Source: an uncultured Nitrososphaerota archaeon (lineage in GTDB: Archaea; Korarchaeota; Korarchaeia; Korarchaeales; Korarchaeaceae). From it: 32,000 bases of DNA. This document shows positions 19,901-27,523 of the stretch, piece by piece (position 1 is the stretch's first letter; each line of letters begins with the position of its first letter). The notes below the pieces were generated by a model that worked only from the letters and a program-made list of their open reading frames with translations, was not told where the DNA came from and ran no database searches. The DNA lies in NCBI GenBank assembly GCA_964480775.1, contig CAYZRF010000009.1, positions 34,364 through 66,363 of the forward strand, read 5' to 3'. The position numbers and the translations under genes are program-made.

Positions 19901-22871
19901 GAGTAAAACGCCAACCACTGTTGGGGCAGATCGTTGGGATAACGTCTCTTGGCTTATCGAAGTGCGGAATGATGGGAATGGAACTGCTAATTTTGTGAAC
20001 GTCACGGAAGTATTTGGATCGGGACTTACATATATCACAGATAATGCCTCTCAATACAGAGTTTATTCAGACCATAACAAGGTTGTCTGGAACTTAACAG
20101 AAATACCTGCAGGAGATAGGATTCTCATAGTATCGTGGGCAAATGTCTCAGGATGTAGTGGACTGACAAACGATGTTTACGCAAGCTGGGGATGTATTGG
20201 GGCAATTTGTCAGGAGAAGAATAGCTCAACAACAGTTTATTTGATTTGGCCAAACATATCAATAAGCAAAAAACCGGTTGGGGGTACTTGCCCAGTTAGA
20301 GTTGAGCCAGGAGATGTTACCACATTTGAGATTTTGTTAAATAATTCTGGAACAAAAGGCACGGGGTATAACCTCACAGTAGAGGACGAAATGCCTTCGT
20401 TCATGGAGTTTTTAGACGCAAGCGATGGAGGTACTTACAACGCTAGTACCCACAACGTCACATGGAAGATCTCAAAGCTAGGAAATGAGACTATGATGTT
20501 AACCTTGACTATGCGTGTTAAACCTGGAACTCCAGACGGAGCTGCTGAAATTAACAACGTTACTGTCACTTACTTTGACGCCTGTGGCAATACTAAGAAC
20601 CCAGACACTGGCGCTCCTTATTGGGACAAAGCAGAGTGTAAGATGATAACTGTTGCTGCTCCAGAGTTAAGAATCAATAAAACAATATCAGAAAATCCAA
20701 TAAATGCTTGTCATAACGTCAGCGTCATTTTAACAATTAGAAACATTGGACATGGAACTGCATATTCTGTAAATGTCTCAGATATTCTTCCACCAGGAAT
20801 AGAGTATGTCAAAGGATCAACCGAGGTAAGAAACTCTTCTACAGGTGCCATAATATCAACGGCAGATCCTGTGGTAACCACGATGGGAACTTCTGGGAGA
20901 ACTAACCTTACATGGCCTCTTAATTTAAAGATGAACGGAAAGGAGAATATAACCATAAGCTTTAATCTAACTGCTGGGTGCGGGCTTAAAGCAGGGTTAG
21001 AAGAGTTTTCTGTTGTTGGTAAGGATGGAGGAGGGTTCATTAAGAGAGACAGTGGTTCTATGGATATTTTGGTCGTAATACCAGTTCTTGAAGTCGAAAA
21101 AGAGCCAGAATCACAGACAAAGTCCCTCGGGAGCGTTGTAGAATGGACGATAACCGTCAGAAATGTTGGAAACGGGACCGCACACAACGTGACGTTAGTA
21201 GATCAGCTTGGTCCAGGTTACGAATTTGTTTCTGCAAACGGTTCTTACAGCATATCAGGAAACACAATAACGTGGACTAACATCTCTTTGACTTCAGGAT
21301 CCTCTCAGAGCTTTAACATTAAGGCGAGGATCTCCAAGTGTTCTGGTCTAAAGGAGCACGTTGAAGCCAGTTGGTGGTGTAGAAACGTATCTTGTGCCTC
21401 ATCCGAGGCAGAGGCAAGGGTTTCTCTTAGAGCTCCCAAATTAACGGTTGAAAAGCAATTCAATGCCAGTTTCGTTAAGATAAGAGAGCCAGTTCTTGCA
21501 ACGATCAGGGTCAGAAACGTTGGAAATGAAGGGGGAACAAATCTAATGGTTTTTGAACCTCTACAAGAATGTTGGACTTTCCTTGGAACGGTTAGTGTTC
21601 TGGACGAATCGGGTAGGCCAGTTGGATACAAAGAAGAAATCACTACAGAGGGAGTGGTTTGGAGGATAAACTCCTTAGGCAAAGGAGAGGAGGTCGAGAT
21701 AAAATTCGTTATAACTTATGATTGCAATTCGCTTCCAGGATCAAGACGTCAGCACAACTTCACAAACTGTGTTCTAGCAAATCTTACAGGAAGTTGTGGT
21801 CCAGTGTCGGCGACCAATTGTTCATGGATTGTCGTGGAACTCCCATCGAGAACACCGACACCTACTCCGACTCCCACTGTTACTCCGACTCCAACACCCA
21901 CAGCCACACCAACCCCAACACCGACACCTACTCCGACTCCCACTGTTACTCCGACTCCAACACCGACGCCTGCCCCACCGATCAAACTGAAGGTTTCAAA
22001 AGCCTCTAAGAAGATCATAATGTGGGGAGATCTGGTAAACTACACGGTTATAGTAAGGAATGAAGGAAATACCAACCTAGTAAACATAGCGGTGACAGAC
22101 AATCTTCCTTCTTACCTTGAATACATACGTGGAACTTCTACGATAAATGGTCATAAATCTGAACCAAAAATTGAGCAAGATTCGCTTATTTGGATAATTT
22201 CGTCTCTAGCTCCAGGAGAAGAAGCCATCATAAAGTTCAGTTGTAGGATGCTTGAATACCCAAGAGGAGGCATCATAATCAATCCTGTGAATGTAAGAGG
22301 GTTCGAGACGTACGCACGGTCTCTAATATATGCCCCAATTTCATTACTTCTATTAATACCGTTATTTGTACTGACAACAAGGAGGAGACCTGTAGTTGTC
22401 GACTTTGAATATCTAAAAACGCTATTCAAAGCAACGGATTTCTTCCTTCCGTTTCTCTTCGGAAAAATTATAATCTCAAAATCTACATTTGAAAAGGCTA
22501 CAAGAGATAAGAAAATCAGCAACATAGTTGAAGAACTCGTTTCAAGAGGTCTAATTCAAGTTCACGAACTATCACAAGAAGCTAGGGAACTCTCAGAAGA
22601 AATTACAAGCATCTATCAGGTAGAAAAAGAGGAAGGCGATGCTATAGCACTATCACTTCAATGCGAAGCTGAGAAAGCTCTGTTAGGTAGAATTAAGACA
22701 AGAGAGGTTGCTATTTCATTGGGTATAAGAGCGTTGGGGTGTGGAGGTTCGATATTTTATCTAATCGAGAAGGGCTTGATCACCAAAGAGGAGGGGCGAG
22801 TCCTTCTCGATTTTTTAGTTTCTGAGGGATATCTTACAAGTTCCGAAGATATAAGTTTGGGAGGGGTGTGA
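13965..22871 (+). CDS. Giant (2968 aa) secreted, membrane-anchored surface protein: signal peptide, about 18 DUF11-type conserved repeat beta-sandwich modules, Thr/Pro linker, C-terminal TM helix, cytoplasmic PIN-like tail
   Basis: GTG start 27 nt from a TATA-like box. N-terminal signal/TM ([27 protein letters not shown]). Module-start motifs recur (e.g. PDLSISKTP...VxWxIxVxNxGNGTAxNVxxxDxL). NxS/T sequons are very dense and Cys motifs are conserved. The linker [18 protein letters not shown]... is followed by one more DUF11 module, then [22 protein letters not shown] + RRRP, then a 159-aa tail. Confidence 0.9.
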   Translation: MPDVERGVDIRLLVVSLVLFLFVLNSFSLYVYTYAQSSSRGNFGPSLSINPRNQGHIPFLQRIEDISIEVDLDAPQEVGECSPSTFIIEVKNTGNETAKNLNVTNVMPEGFFYQEGSSSINGTPHEPTQSGRNLTWSIGDVTPNQTFILEFNLTAGCEAHTGAVDKAVVEYSNGTHTDYREDESLGIKVLHPSLVVYKEPIVIPAHKGDIVNWTVRVKNEGFFAASNVTILDSLGSGLSLNSSNPSYNGSFPNGTIYWTNISLDVGEEFVIQLKVKVVGCENLTNEVRAYPTCNGQVCRRVDGVLTELPNTLASIEFLKRVPNIQITSSTLNPSLIGPCSPSNFTIFLENQGTGASYSTNVTLELRGGLQYVNGSGNPTPTVNGEVLTFHIGTIEPGGTSKISMNLSIPCGTSGTKQILIHMRYFDECDNLWLPPSTYLGVDTSSPSVSVSKTGPHEIINTSSGEVYTVDVACNGLNLCQNAHVIVNDSIPSMLTYVNSTPPGNYDPVKNTVTWNLSAGNYTLNITLKPSPSAGCGDHGMNEVTATLFCCKNCSISDSSSISIRVTCSEIPSDCFQIRSFSNQSSVEPCKGLNYTSTINFLVDGINSTRSNMIYFHYNENGLKEEYVGPAYLYLPNGTQVALGPPLQNSTCLSWNLSSLNFIVNSGDSINITYVLRVKCNASSYIHDVQGFSMTARDSAGNDLNCSGVARWAAYILIIRASMSISEEIPPLLDLCREREYEVRVEGATSANPGYNVTVAKYVPPNFIYNSTTEVEFSNGTIVQVTPYFENRWLIWNKSIVSQLSKVDCDFWIRVNMTACYNRTPGFHFKANLTWDDYCLYIGGCTPDCTCRRTDIYDSGSILILKPEFVILKTPEVIYAIQQEVKWRIQLSNVGNGSAYSPAFKLVDLLGEGLVCVGTDLPTGWSATISPDRRNVTFTAQSLDAGETVEFNLTAKMVKCEGLTNNVSALWGCCGKWFQMDFDNSSVEVPSAAVSITDHLEPQAAKLCYDQKVTVKLKNVGKVAIYNCTLNYTLPNCYVYNSNVQAYVNGTPFNPNLSGNRWALWNFTQTTFDEILPNEFTEIVFNATATCPCDIDNSGGYSATLLSYAKACGQVVGPFNYTGTALYTVDAPDIYLVVPSYICGEAGDIVWWNLTIRNRGSATAELVNVTVEIPASVSVISTIPAPDSVAGNIYTWLTQSVGGKVPDIPPNGEFEIDMRVRVDDCDPQDYLKVKIEDGCPGCFFEREWYNNTTYVHSQPFPPEIHQDLEPVNACGNATYKVQVANEDPCLSLYATQQGANYVLTFLDYLPTGISYRGESGDWDVLFHDNETGSNTSMNANTIFSYDQVNNVINWTIVLSSFEMTPGDYFIFTFNVTSQICDLSSGNNVFQATKFKDSCGYDISASNTARAPILLPDLSISKTPSVQYGDLYDQVCWNIRVTNNGNGTAYNVTIWDVLCQALSFDENAQASTTPWDLVYLPGVNASGAETTIVWKNRVIPPGGYVTLVLCANISACPVPPQHPYDDAYANWGCDSYCNYSTPVHAHADVYMYGVPSPLSKSPTSFNVCGNETIEISVTNAGATMFGICINETLPYGLDPIFIDTSGNVLANVTLGTTTYYNVPSNYTVSVSGLYERIIWNLTKINVSQGQTLYLRFRVHANCSFDFSTETVNITYWDSCGEVYSMEREDLLRPLRPDLSISYKTKTQPAGRPDRFELVEWEIHVINSGDGDLYFLNVSDKLGSQFKFISSSPSPDWVDDPLDPHILKWSFDWSSSPLSPGDEYVITIRANLTGCAEPGWNNASLVWGCDSVACAPISWANSSVERAKPDLVVSYSSPPFLICGNTTVNFYVTNIGDGSAFGFNSSQPFKLRYLFPVRAPNLDCMKYVSGSTNISFSNGTIIHPEPQILMVGGEKFLEWNLYWIQVGPGERINVSFKVIASCCFQKGDNGSAYASWYDLCGNFGEDEDIDAASQILIPDISLSKTPTTVGADRWDNVSWLIEVRNDGNGTANFVNVTEVFGSGLTYITDNASQYRVYSDHNKVVWNLTEIPAGDRILIVSWANVSGCSGLTNDVYASWGCIGAICQEKNSSTTVYLIWPNISISKKPVGGTCPVRVEPGDVTTFEILLNNSGTKGTGYNLTVEDEMPSFMEFLDASDGGTYNASTHNVTWKISKLGNETMMLTLTMRVKPGTPDGAAEINNVTVTYFDACGNTKNPDTGAPYWDKAECKMITVAAPELRINKTISENPINACHNVSVILTIRNIGHGTAYSVNVSDILPPGIEYVKGSTEVRNSSTGAIISTADPVVTTMGTSGRTNLTWPLNLKMNGKENITISFNLTAGCGLKAGLEEFSVVGKDGGGFIKRDSGSMDILVVIPVLEVEKEPESQTKSLGSVVEWTITVRNVGNGTAHNVTLVDQLGPGYEFVSANGSYSISGNTITWTNISLTSGSSQSFNIKARISKCSGLKEHVEASWWCRNVSCASSEAEARVSLRAPKLTVEKQFNASFVKIREPVLATIRVRNVGNEGGTNLMVFEPLQECWTFLGTVSVLDESGRPVGYKEEITTEGVVWRINSLGKGEEVEIKFVITYDCNSLPGSRRQHNFTNCVLANLTGSCGPVSATNCSWIVVELPSRTPTPTPTPTVTPTPTPTATPTPTPTPTPTPTVTPTPTPTPAPPIKLKVSKASKKIIMWGDLVNYTVIVRNEGNTNLVNIAVTDNLPSYLEYIRGTSTINGHKSEPKIEQDSLIWIISSLAPGEEAIIKFSCRMLEYPRGGIIINPVNVRGFETYARSLIYAPISLLLLIPLFVLTTRRRPVVVDFEYLKTLFKATDFFLPFLFGKIIISKSTFEKATRDKKISNIVEELVSRGLIQVHELSQEARELSEEITSIYQVEKEEGDAIALSLQCEAEKALLGRIKTREVAISLGIRALGCGGSIFYLIEKGLITKEEGRVLLDFLVSEGYLTSSEDISLGGV
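21851..21964 (+). repeat. Two perfect 48-bp direct repeats (21851-21898 and 21917-21964, period 66 bp) encoding the Thr/Pro linker
   Basis: The sequence aacaccgacacctactccgactcccactgttactccgactccaacacc occurs twice, identically and in frame ([16 protein letters not shown]). Confidence 0.9.
22320..22379 (+). other. Predicted C-terminal transmembrane anchor of the giant protein
   Basis: A 20-residue hydrophobic stretch, [20 protein letters not shown], is immediately followed by RRRP (positive-inside rule). Confidence 0.7.
22392..22868 (+). other. Cytoplasmic tail domain resembling a PIN / DUF3368-type domain (partly degenerate)
   Basis: [11 protein letters not shown] resembles PIN strand 1 with its Asp. 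EGDAIALSL resembles [47 protein letters not shown] resembles the DUF3368 consensus GT.G.L..A...GLI......LL..L...GF.IS.EL. The expected LLxDD..AR is replaced by LLGRIKTR. Confidence 0.5.
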
Positions 22872-22872
22872 A

Positions 22873-23337
22873 ATGATAAGTCTAGATGAGAAAGAATTAG
22901 AGAATATGAAAAAAGAAAGGTTAGATAAGCTCATAAAAAGATCGGAGGAAGTGAGAAGAACTCAAAGAACTCGCAAACTGATAGCGTCCGTACTTATCAT
23001 AGTTTCTGTGTTTCTAGTAGTGGTTTCGTGGGTGATACTAGGGTTCACATATAAATACACCATAGCAGGAGCTATTGGTTCTGTCTTACTTGGAATAGGG
23101 TTTTATCTACTTTTCACTGAGCCAGGGCTTAAGCCCAAAGCGACTTTGATAGATGAAGTACAGTTAGCAGTAACACAATATGAAGGAAAAAGATTGAAGG
23201 AAGAAATCAGAGCCGCCATTGGAAGACATAGAGATGAACCGCACTTAGCTGCAAGACTTGAATCCATTCTTTCTACTAAAGATGGAGAAGAGCTTACTAA
23301 GGCATTAAGAGAGTTAATAAGCGCCTTTAAGGGCTAA
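22873..23337 (+). CDS. Small 2-TM membrane protein with charged helical cytoplasmic termini; function unknown
   Basis: The ATG lies 1 nt after the TGA of the giant gene and is preceded by GGAGGGGTG (22859-22867). Two hydrophobic helices (LIASVLIIVSVFLVVVSWVILGF and TIAGAIGSVLLGIGFYLLF) are joined by a 4-residue loop. The N- and C-terminal segments are K/E/R-rich. Confidence 0.7.
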   Translation: MISLDEKELENMKKERLDKLIKRSEEVRRTQRTRKLIASVLIIVSVFLVVVSWVILGFTYKYTIAGAIGSVLLGIGFYLLFTEPGLKPKATLIDEVQLAVTQYEGKRLKEEIRAAIGRHRDEPHLAARLESILSTKDGEELTKALRELISAFKG

Positions 23338-23361
23338 TTGGACTATAATGGCCTCCTAGCA

Positions 23362-23369
23362 TTTTTATT
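23362..23369 (+). terminator. T-rich tract downstream of the giant-protein / 2-TM operon
   Basis: tttttatt lies 25 nt after the stop at 23337. Archaeal termination typically occurs at oligo-T tracts. Mirror-image A-runs (23491-23496, 23522-23527, 23544-23548) would serve the convergent fbp gene. Confidence 0.35.
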
Positions 23370-23558
23370 CTGCTAAAAACTTAGGATGTTTAGAAATTTA
23401 GCCGTCATATAGCCCAATCTATGGCAAGTTGATTAGAGACCGAGAACATCTCTCTTACAACCCGAATAACGCGTTATAATTGACTATGTCAAAAAATAAT
23501 TGACATTATACCTTTAGAATCAAAAAAGAAGGAGAGATATCATAAAAATATGTTGTCA

Positions 23559-24659
23559 TTAAATCGATTCGAATCTGTCCTTTAATTTCTCCAACACTTC
23601 TGGTAGAGTTGTATATTCCATTTCTGTAGATCCAAGTCTATGCGGCATAAATGGTCCATGCCTCCTGAGATAATCGGCAATTTCGTTTGCAATTTTCCTT
23701 GCCCTGTCAAATGAAACGTCAGAAAGTAAGTCACTAGGTCCGATCAGTTTGCCATTCTTAACGTTAAACCCCAGACCCACAACTCGCGGAGGGCCATCAA
23801 ATCTACTCGGTCTAGCGTCTTTAAGCGAAACAGGCATTAATGGACCATGATGCGAACCCCTCATCCAGCCAGCAACGAGATGGGACATGGCAAATGGTTC
23901 TAAAATCTCTCCCAACGCAGGGAATTGGCTTTGTGCACGTACAATTGCTACTGGATCATCCTTTCCGACGTATTTTCCTGCTATGAGGCTTAATTTTGTC
24001 GTACTAATGGCTGCTGCAATATCCTTCTTCTCTCCCTTTGTATAGACCCTTCTCACGATATATCTGCTGGGAGTACCAATAAGGGCCAGTATATCATACA
24101 TCTCCTCGGGACTTGATAACTCAACCTTTTTCCCTTCATGAACATCCAAAACCTCGAAGATGAAGCCATCATGAAGTTTAGGCGAGATTACCAGTCCGGC
24201 TGTGTTGAAAGGATCGGCAAATATCTTGAACATGGGCAGGTTGAAGGCTCCGGGTTCTGTTTTATCAGCCATAAATACGACAAATGGCTCCGCTGGTCTT
24301 TCTTCGATTTCTATCTCGGCAAAGCCAGGTCCCATTCCACGTAAATTTCCTGAAAAGGCATCTGAAAGCAAATCTTGGCCAGCTCCATATAATCCAAGCT
24401 CTTTCGAGACATCTGTTGCTTTCTTGAAAATCTCCCAAGCGAGACTGTGTATATCTGAGGAATTCTCTCCTTTCTTGTGAGTCATTATGAGTTGTAAGTC
24501 GTCTCCTACCGCAGTCACGAAATAGTCAACTACTTCTCTTTTTCTCTTGGCTTCTGCTAACAAAGTCCGAGCAACTTCTAGCAGTTGATCTGGAACGATG
24601 TGATGTCCCGCTAAACTTCCAATATCGGCCTTAATTACAGAAATCGTTATCTTGGCCAT
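23559..24659 (-). CDS. fbp: Bifunctional fructose-1,6-bisphosphate aldolase/phosphatase (archaeal class V FBPase)
   Basis: MAKITISVIKADIGSLAGHH... is the hallmark N-terminus of this family. WMRGSHHGPLMPV and the length of about 366 aa also fit. The track ORF extends 10 codons further upstream, to 24689. Confidence 0.92.
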   Translation of the reverse strand: MAKITISVIKADIGSLAGHHIVPDQLLEVARTLLAEAKRKREVVDYFVTAVGDDLQLIMTHKKGENSSDIHSLAWEIFKKATDVSKELGLYGAGQDLLSDAFSGNLRGMGPGFAEIEIEERPAEPFVVFMADKTEPGAFNLPMFKIFADPFNTAGLVISPKLHDGFIFEVLDVHEGKKVELSSPEEMYDILALIGTPSRYIVRRVYTKGEKKDIAAAISTTKLSLIAGKYVGKDDPVAIVRAQSQFPALGEILEPFAMSHLVAGWMRGSHHGPLMPVSLKDARPSRFDGPPRVVGLGFNVKNGKLIGPSDLLSDVSFDRARKIANEIADYLRRHGPFMPHRLGSTEMEYTTLPEVLEKLKDRFESI

Positions 24660-24752
24660 TTTTCGATCCCTGAACAATAGTTCATGCACCTAAAAAAGGA
24701 TTTGTCATGTTGAAGTAATCTGTTAGCAAATATTCGGAAATCTGTCTTAAGG

Positions 24753-26597
24753 TTGGTATATCGGAATGATTATGATTATAATGGCTTTTATGTAGTTATC
24801 TGTGACTTGAAGTTAGTAAGGATAACAGCAGTGTTCCTTATTTCCGCTCTTGCAATTTGTGGAGTGGTAGAGCCCATAGCTTCCTCGCTTTCTCAAGAAT
24901 TTAGGATATTTCATGGCTTAGACGTCAAAAAACCAATATTGATTGTTTATAGAGACAAGTTTTCAATGCCTGCCAATCTAATGGCTCTTTCCATAAGATA
25001 TTATGCAGTTAGGCCAGAGGATCTTAGAAACATAGATATATTCGATTTTTCAGCCGTTATATTTGATTATGGTGTCGGGCACGAAGACGTCAGCGGCTGG
25101 ATCATATCAAACAATTGGAAACTCATAAAGTGGCTTGAAAATGGTGGAGCTTTTTTAGATTTCACATCTGGAGAAAGAGTTGTTTTCTTTGATTTAGAAA
25201 TAGCTATTCCCGAAAATTTTGAGGTAAAGATAGTAGAAGATCACCCACTTCTGCATTGCCCTAATGTTCTAACTGATGTATCACCCGTGGCGCAAGTTGC
25301 ATTCACTGGAGGCTCTGATCTGCAGAATTTTAAGGTTATAATGGAAGCAGGAAGCAAGCCAACCTTATTGGTAAGGGAAATAGGGAGAGGGAGAGTTGTA
25401 ATTTGTGGTCTTTACGGGGTTGGACCTTGGTTTAAGGGAGGTTTTATTGAAAATGCTCTTTATTGGGCTACAAAAGGCCAATTTTGGTCATCAACAGTAT
25501 ATGCGATGAGAAAAGATACTGAACACTTTGCTGTCCTCTATCCTCCTTTTGCGAACAAGTCAATACCGTTAATTTTGCCTTATTTGGATCAGGTGTACAA
25601 TCTATTGGCCAAACTCTCAAGAAGACATCCATATAATGGAGATAGAATTGTATTGGACTTTACCAAAGACATTTACTGGAGACTTGGTATGCCGGTGTCT
25701 GCTCTAGGAGGAAACCCGACTTTCATCGATATATGGATGCTTCCTGAGGTTGGAGGCGATCAAGAAAGGCTGATCTCTGTAATCTTCCATGAGATGGGTC
25801 ATGTTTTCTTAGGAAGTTACGATTTCTTGTATGGGGACTTCTCGGAAATGCTTGCTGAGGTATCAAAGCTCTATCTACTCGAAAACCTTGGATTCAATGA
25901 ACTTTTTGAGAAAGAGGTGAACGAGGCTTTAACTGCGCTTGAGATCTACGAAATAAATGGCGCAAATTTCTCCGAAATAAATGTGGAGGTCCTTACAGGT
26001 ATGATGTTTAAGTTAAAGGAGGAGTACGGGTGGGAACTCTTCTCAAGATACTTCAATCTTGTGGATAGATACGCTGTTTTTCCAAGGATTTCCTTCGATA
26101 GAAAAGTAAGTGCATTCGTTTATTTAATTAGCATAGCAGCTGGAGAGGACTTAAGTGACAAATTCAAAGAGTGGGGTTTCCCCATTATAAAAGCTCGGAT
26201 CTCGTGTAATTTAGACAAGGTTTGGGGGCAGACAGGAAAGCCCATTAGAGTAGTTGGAGTTTTGGAGCCCCCAGTTGTGGGAGTAATTTTCATTGATTAC
26301 AGAGTGGAGGGATCTAATAGATGGAAAGTGTTAGGAGTGACATCTACAGATGAATATGGATATTACAAATTTGAGTGGACGCCTTTTATTGAAGGGAGGT
26401 ATGAGATAAGAGCTAGATGGGTGGAAGGTGTTGACAACGAATTAGCGAGGTCTGAAATAAAATCCCTCACCACAGCCAAAAGCTTTCCTCTTAGTGAGCT
26501 GGGGGTTGGAAAGGTATTAATTCTTCTACTAAATCCTTTAGGTGCCTCTATCCTTTTGCTTTTCCTTCTTTTCATACACAAGAAGTTAAAACGCTAG
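24753..26597 (+). CDS. Membrane-anchored extracytoplasmic protein: N-terminal signal, GATase1/ThuA-like domain, HEXXH-x18-E gluzincin-like domain, Ig-like domain, C-terminal TM
   Basis: The probable start is TTG 24807 (MKLVRITAVFLISALAICG, a signal-like segment). LLVREIGRGRVVICGL resembles class-I GATase-like folds. HEMGH lies at 25788-25802, and a Glu 18 residues after the second His (25857-25859) matches the M1-type spacing. YGYYKFEWTPFIEGRYEIRARW looks like a CarboxypepD_reg/Ig-type strand pattern. The C-terminus is VLILLLNPLGASILLLFLLFIHKKLKR. Confidence 0.6.
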   Translation: MVYRNDYDYNGFYVVICDLKLVRITAVFLISALAICGVVEPIASSLSQEFRIFHGLDVKKPILIVYRDKFSMPANLMALSIRYYAVRPEDLRNIDIFDFSAVIFDYGVGHEDVSGWIISNNWKLIKWLENGGAFLDFTSGERVVFFDLEIAIPENFEVKIVEDHPLLHCPNVLTDVSPVAQVAFTGGSDLQNFKVIMEAGSKPTLLVREIGRGRVVICGLYGVGPWFKGGFIENALYWATKGQFWSSTVYAMRKDTEHFAVLYPPFANKSIPLILPYLDQVYNLLAKLSRRHPYNGDRIVLDFTKDIYWRLGMPVSALGGNPTFIDIWMLPEVGGDQERLISVIFHEMGHVFLGSYDFLYGDFSEMLAEVSKLYLLENLGFNELFEKEVNEALTALEIYEINGANFSEINVEVLTGMMFKLKEEYGWELFSRYFNLVDRYAVFPRISFDRKVSAFVYLISIAAGEDLSDKFKEWGFPIIKARISCNLDKVWGQTGKPIRVVGVLEPPVVGVIFIDYRVEGSNRWKVLGVTSTDEYGYYKFEWTPFIEGRYEIRARWVEGVDNELARSEIKSLTTAKSFPLSELGVGKVLILLLNPLGASILLLFLLFIHKKLKR

Positions 26598-26753
26598 TCG
26601 CTGGTTCCTTAGCTAATAGAATATTTTTAGACAGAGAATCTTTCTTATATGGGGGGATGAGCCTTAACTCCCGGCACTGACCTTGGGAATGAGGAAGCCG
26701 GCATTGAGGCGACCCTTCTTCCGACTTCCCAGCCAAATCTGAACTTGACTTCC

Positions 26754-26764
26754 TTTTAGAATTA
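26754..26764 (+). promoter_or_regulatory. TATA-like box upstream of the proteasome-beta-like gene
   Basis: ttttagaatta lies about 34 nt upstream of GTG 26793. Confidence 0.35.
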
Positions 26765-26792
26765 CCTAGTACTAACAAAACATGGTGATTGG

Positions 26793-27494
26793 GTGACTCT
26801 GCTAGTAGGTGTTAGGTGTAGAGACGGAGTTGTTGCTGGTGCTGATTCTAAAATCCTTAGAGGGGGCGAGGTAGAGTACTCAGATAAGATTTTTGAAAAG
26901 AACAACGTGGTCATGGGAATTGAAGGACTTACTGGATTGAGAGATGATTTTCTACTGCTTTTAGATGCTGAGATCGCAAGGAGAGGGGAGAAGATAACAA
27001 AACTGTACGAAATGAAGGTCGTCGTTGAAGACATAATTTCAGATCTTACTAAGAGATATGCAAGCAGGGTTGGTGATTCTTCCCCAATTGGGGTCCTTTT
27101 GGCTGGTCTAGAGAAAATAACTGGAGGGAAGGCTATCCTATACTTTATACATGGAATAGGATACGGTGAGAGGGTTAACTTTATCTGCAGCGGACACGGC
27201 GGGCCTTACGCGACCGCTTTGGCGAAATATCTTTTATCACCCGGTCTTAGCGTTGAAGAGAACGCAAAGTTGATAGCTTTCGTGATATCTTGGGTTAGCG
27301 AAGAGCTTGATGCAACGGTTGGTGGAAGACCGCTTGTGGCGATGATAAAAGACGAAGATGCTAGCATAACATATCTAGACGATAGCGTAATAGATGATAT
27401 GATGGATAAAGCCCAAATTGCTAAGAAAGAGCTTAGAAAACTCTTTCCACTTGGATTTTCTGGGAATGATGGCCCTAAAGGAGTGAATAGATAG
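26793..27494 (+). CDS. Proteasome beta / HslV-like N-terminal-nucleophile (Thr) hydrolase without a propeptide
   Basis: A GTG start is followed directly by Thr (MTLLVGVRCRDGVVAGADSK). The sequence is colinear with archaeal PsmB. Thr1 (26796-98), Asp17 (26844-46), the Lys of DKIF (26886-88), SGHGGPYA (equivalent to GSGS.YA) and LDATVGG (equivalent to the Asp166/Ser169 region) are all present. An in-frame TAG lies at 26757-26759 and there is no alternative start between it and the GTG. Confidence 0.75.
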   Translation: MTLLVGVRCRDGVVAGADSKILRGGEVEYSDKIFEKNNVVMGIEGLTGLRDDFLLLLDAEIARRGEKITKLYEMKVVVEDIISDLTKRYASRVGDSSPIGVLLAGLEKITGGKAILYFIHGIGYGERVNFICSGHGGPYATALAKYLLSPGLSVEENAKLIAFVISWVSEELDATVGGRPLVAMIKDEDASITYLDDSVIDDMMDKAQIAKKELRKLFPLGFSGNDGPKGVNR

Positions 27495-27523
27495 AATAGT
27501 TGGGGAAAACGAGTTTCAGAAGT

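Noticed and set aside
20711-21187. Long antisense ORFs inside large genes, for example 20711-21187, 21305-21682, 22151-22525, 28810-29409, 12614-13021, 4077-4472, 8332-8688 and 8899-9309.
   Set aside because: Each is fully embedded antisense or out of frame in a CDS with strong family motifs. Their S/L/P/T-rich low-complexity translations are typical of shadow frames.
21851-21964. Direct repeats that might be mistaken for a mini-CRISPR or a non-coding tandem repeat.
   Set aside because: There are only two copies, they are in frame within a CDS and encode the TP stalk, and there is no spacer/repeat architecture and no cas genes.
21722-22018. Three alternative-frame or antisense ORFs (21722-22009 +, 21796-21990 +, 21749-22018 -) across the Thr/Pro linker, with repetitive translations (GVGVGV..., [14 protein letters not shown]...).
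   Set aside because: They are reading-frame shadows of the low-complexity ACN-CCN repeat inside the strongly supported 2968-aa ORF.
22380-22400. AGGAGGAG just before the PIN-like tail, which could be an internal SD marking a separate PIN gene.
   Set aside because: It encodes the RRR stop-transfer residues. No in-frame ATG, GTG or TTG follows for about 109 codons, so an independent gene is not supported.
13746-26600. The idea that the giant gene region is a mobile or integrated element (genomic island).
   Set aside because: No integrase, transposase, flanking tRNA or terminal direct repeats are visible, and housekeeping fbp is embedded in the region. Compositional deviation cannot be judged without computation.
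26654-26742. Possible C/D-box sRNA: GGGATGA (C-like), CTGA at 26677, AATGAGG (C'-like), CTGA at 26739.
   Set aside because: The box sequences are imperfect and the spacing is wrong for archaeal C/D sRNAs, which need guides of about 12 nt. Here the distances are 16 nt from C to D' and about 46 nt from C' to D.
26572-27034. Minus-strand ORFs 26572-26778 and 26762-27034.
   Set aside because: They overlap the end of the HEXXH gene and the start of the proteasome-like gene, have S/P/L-rich shadow composition, and lack any recognisable motif.
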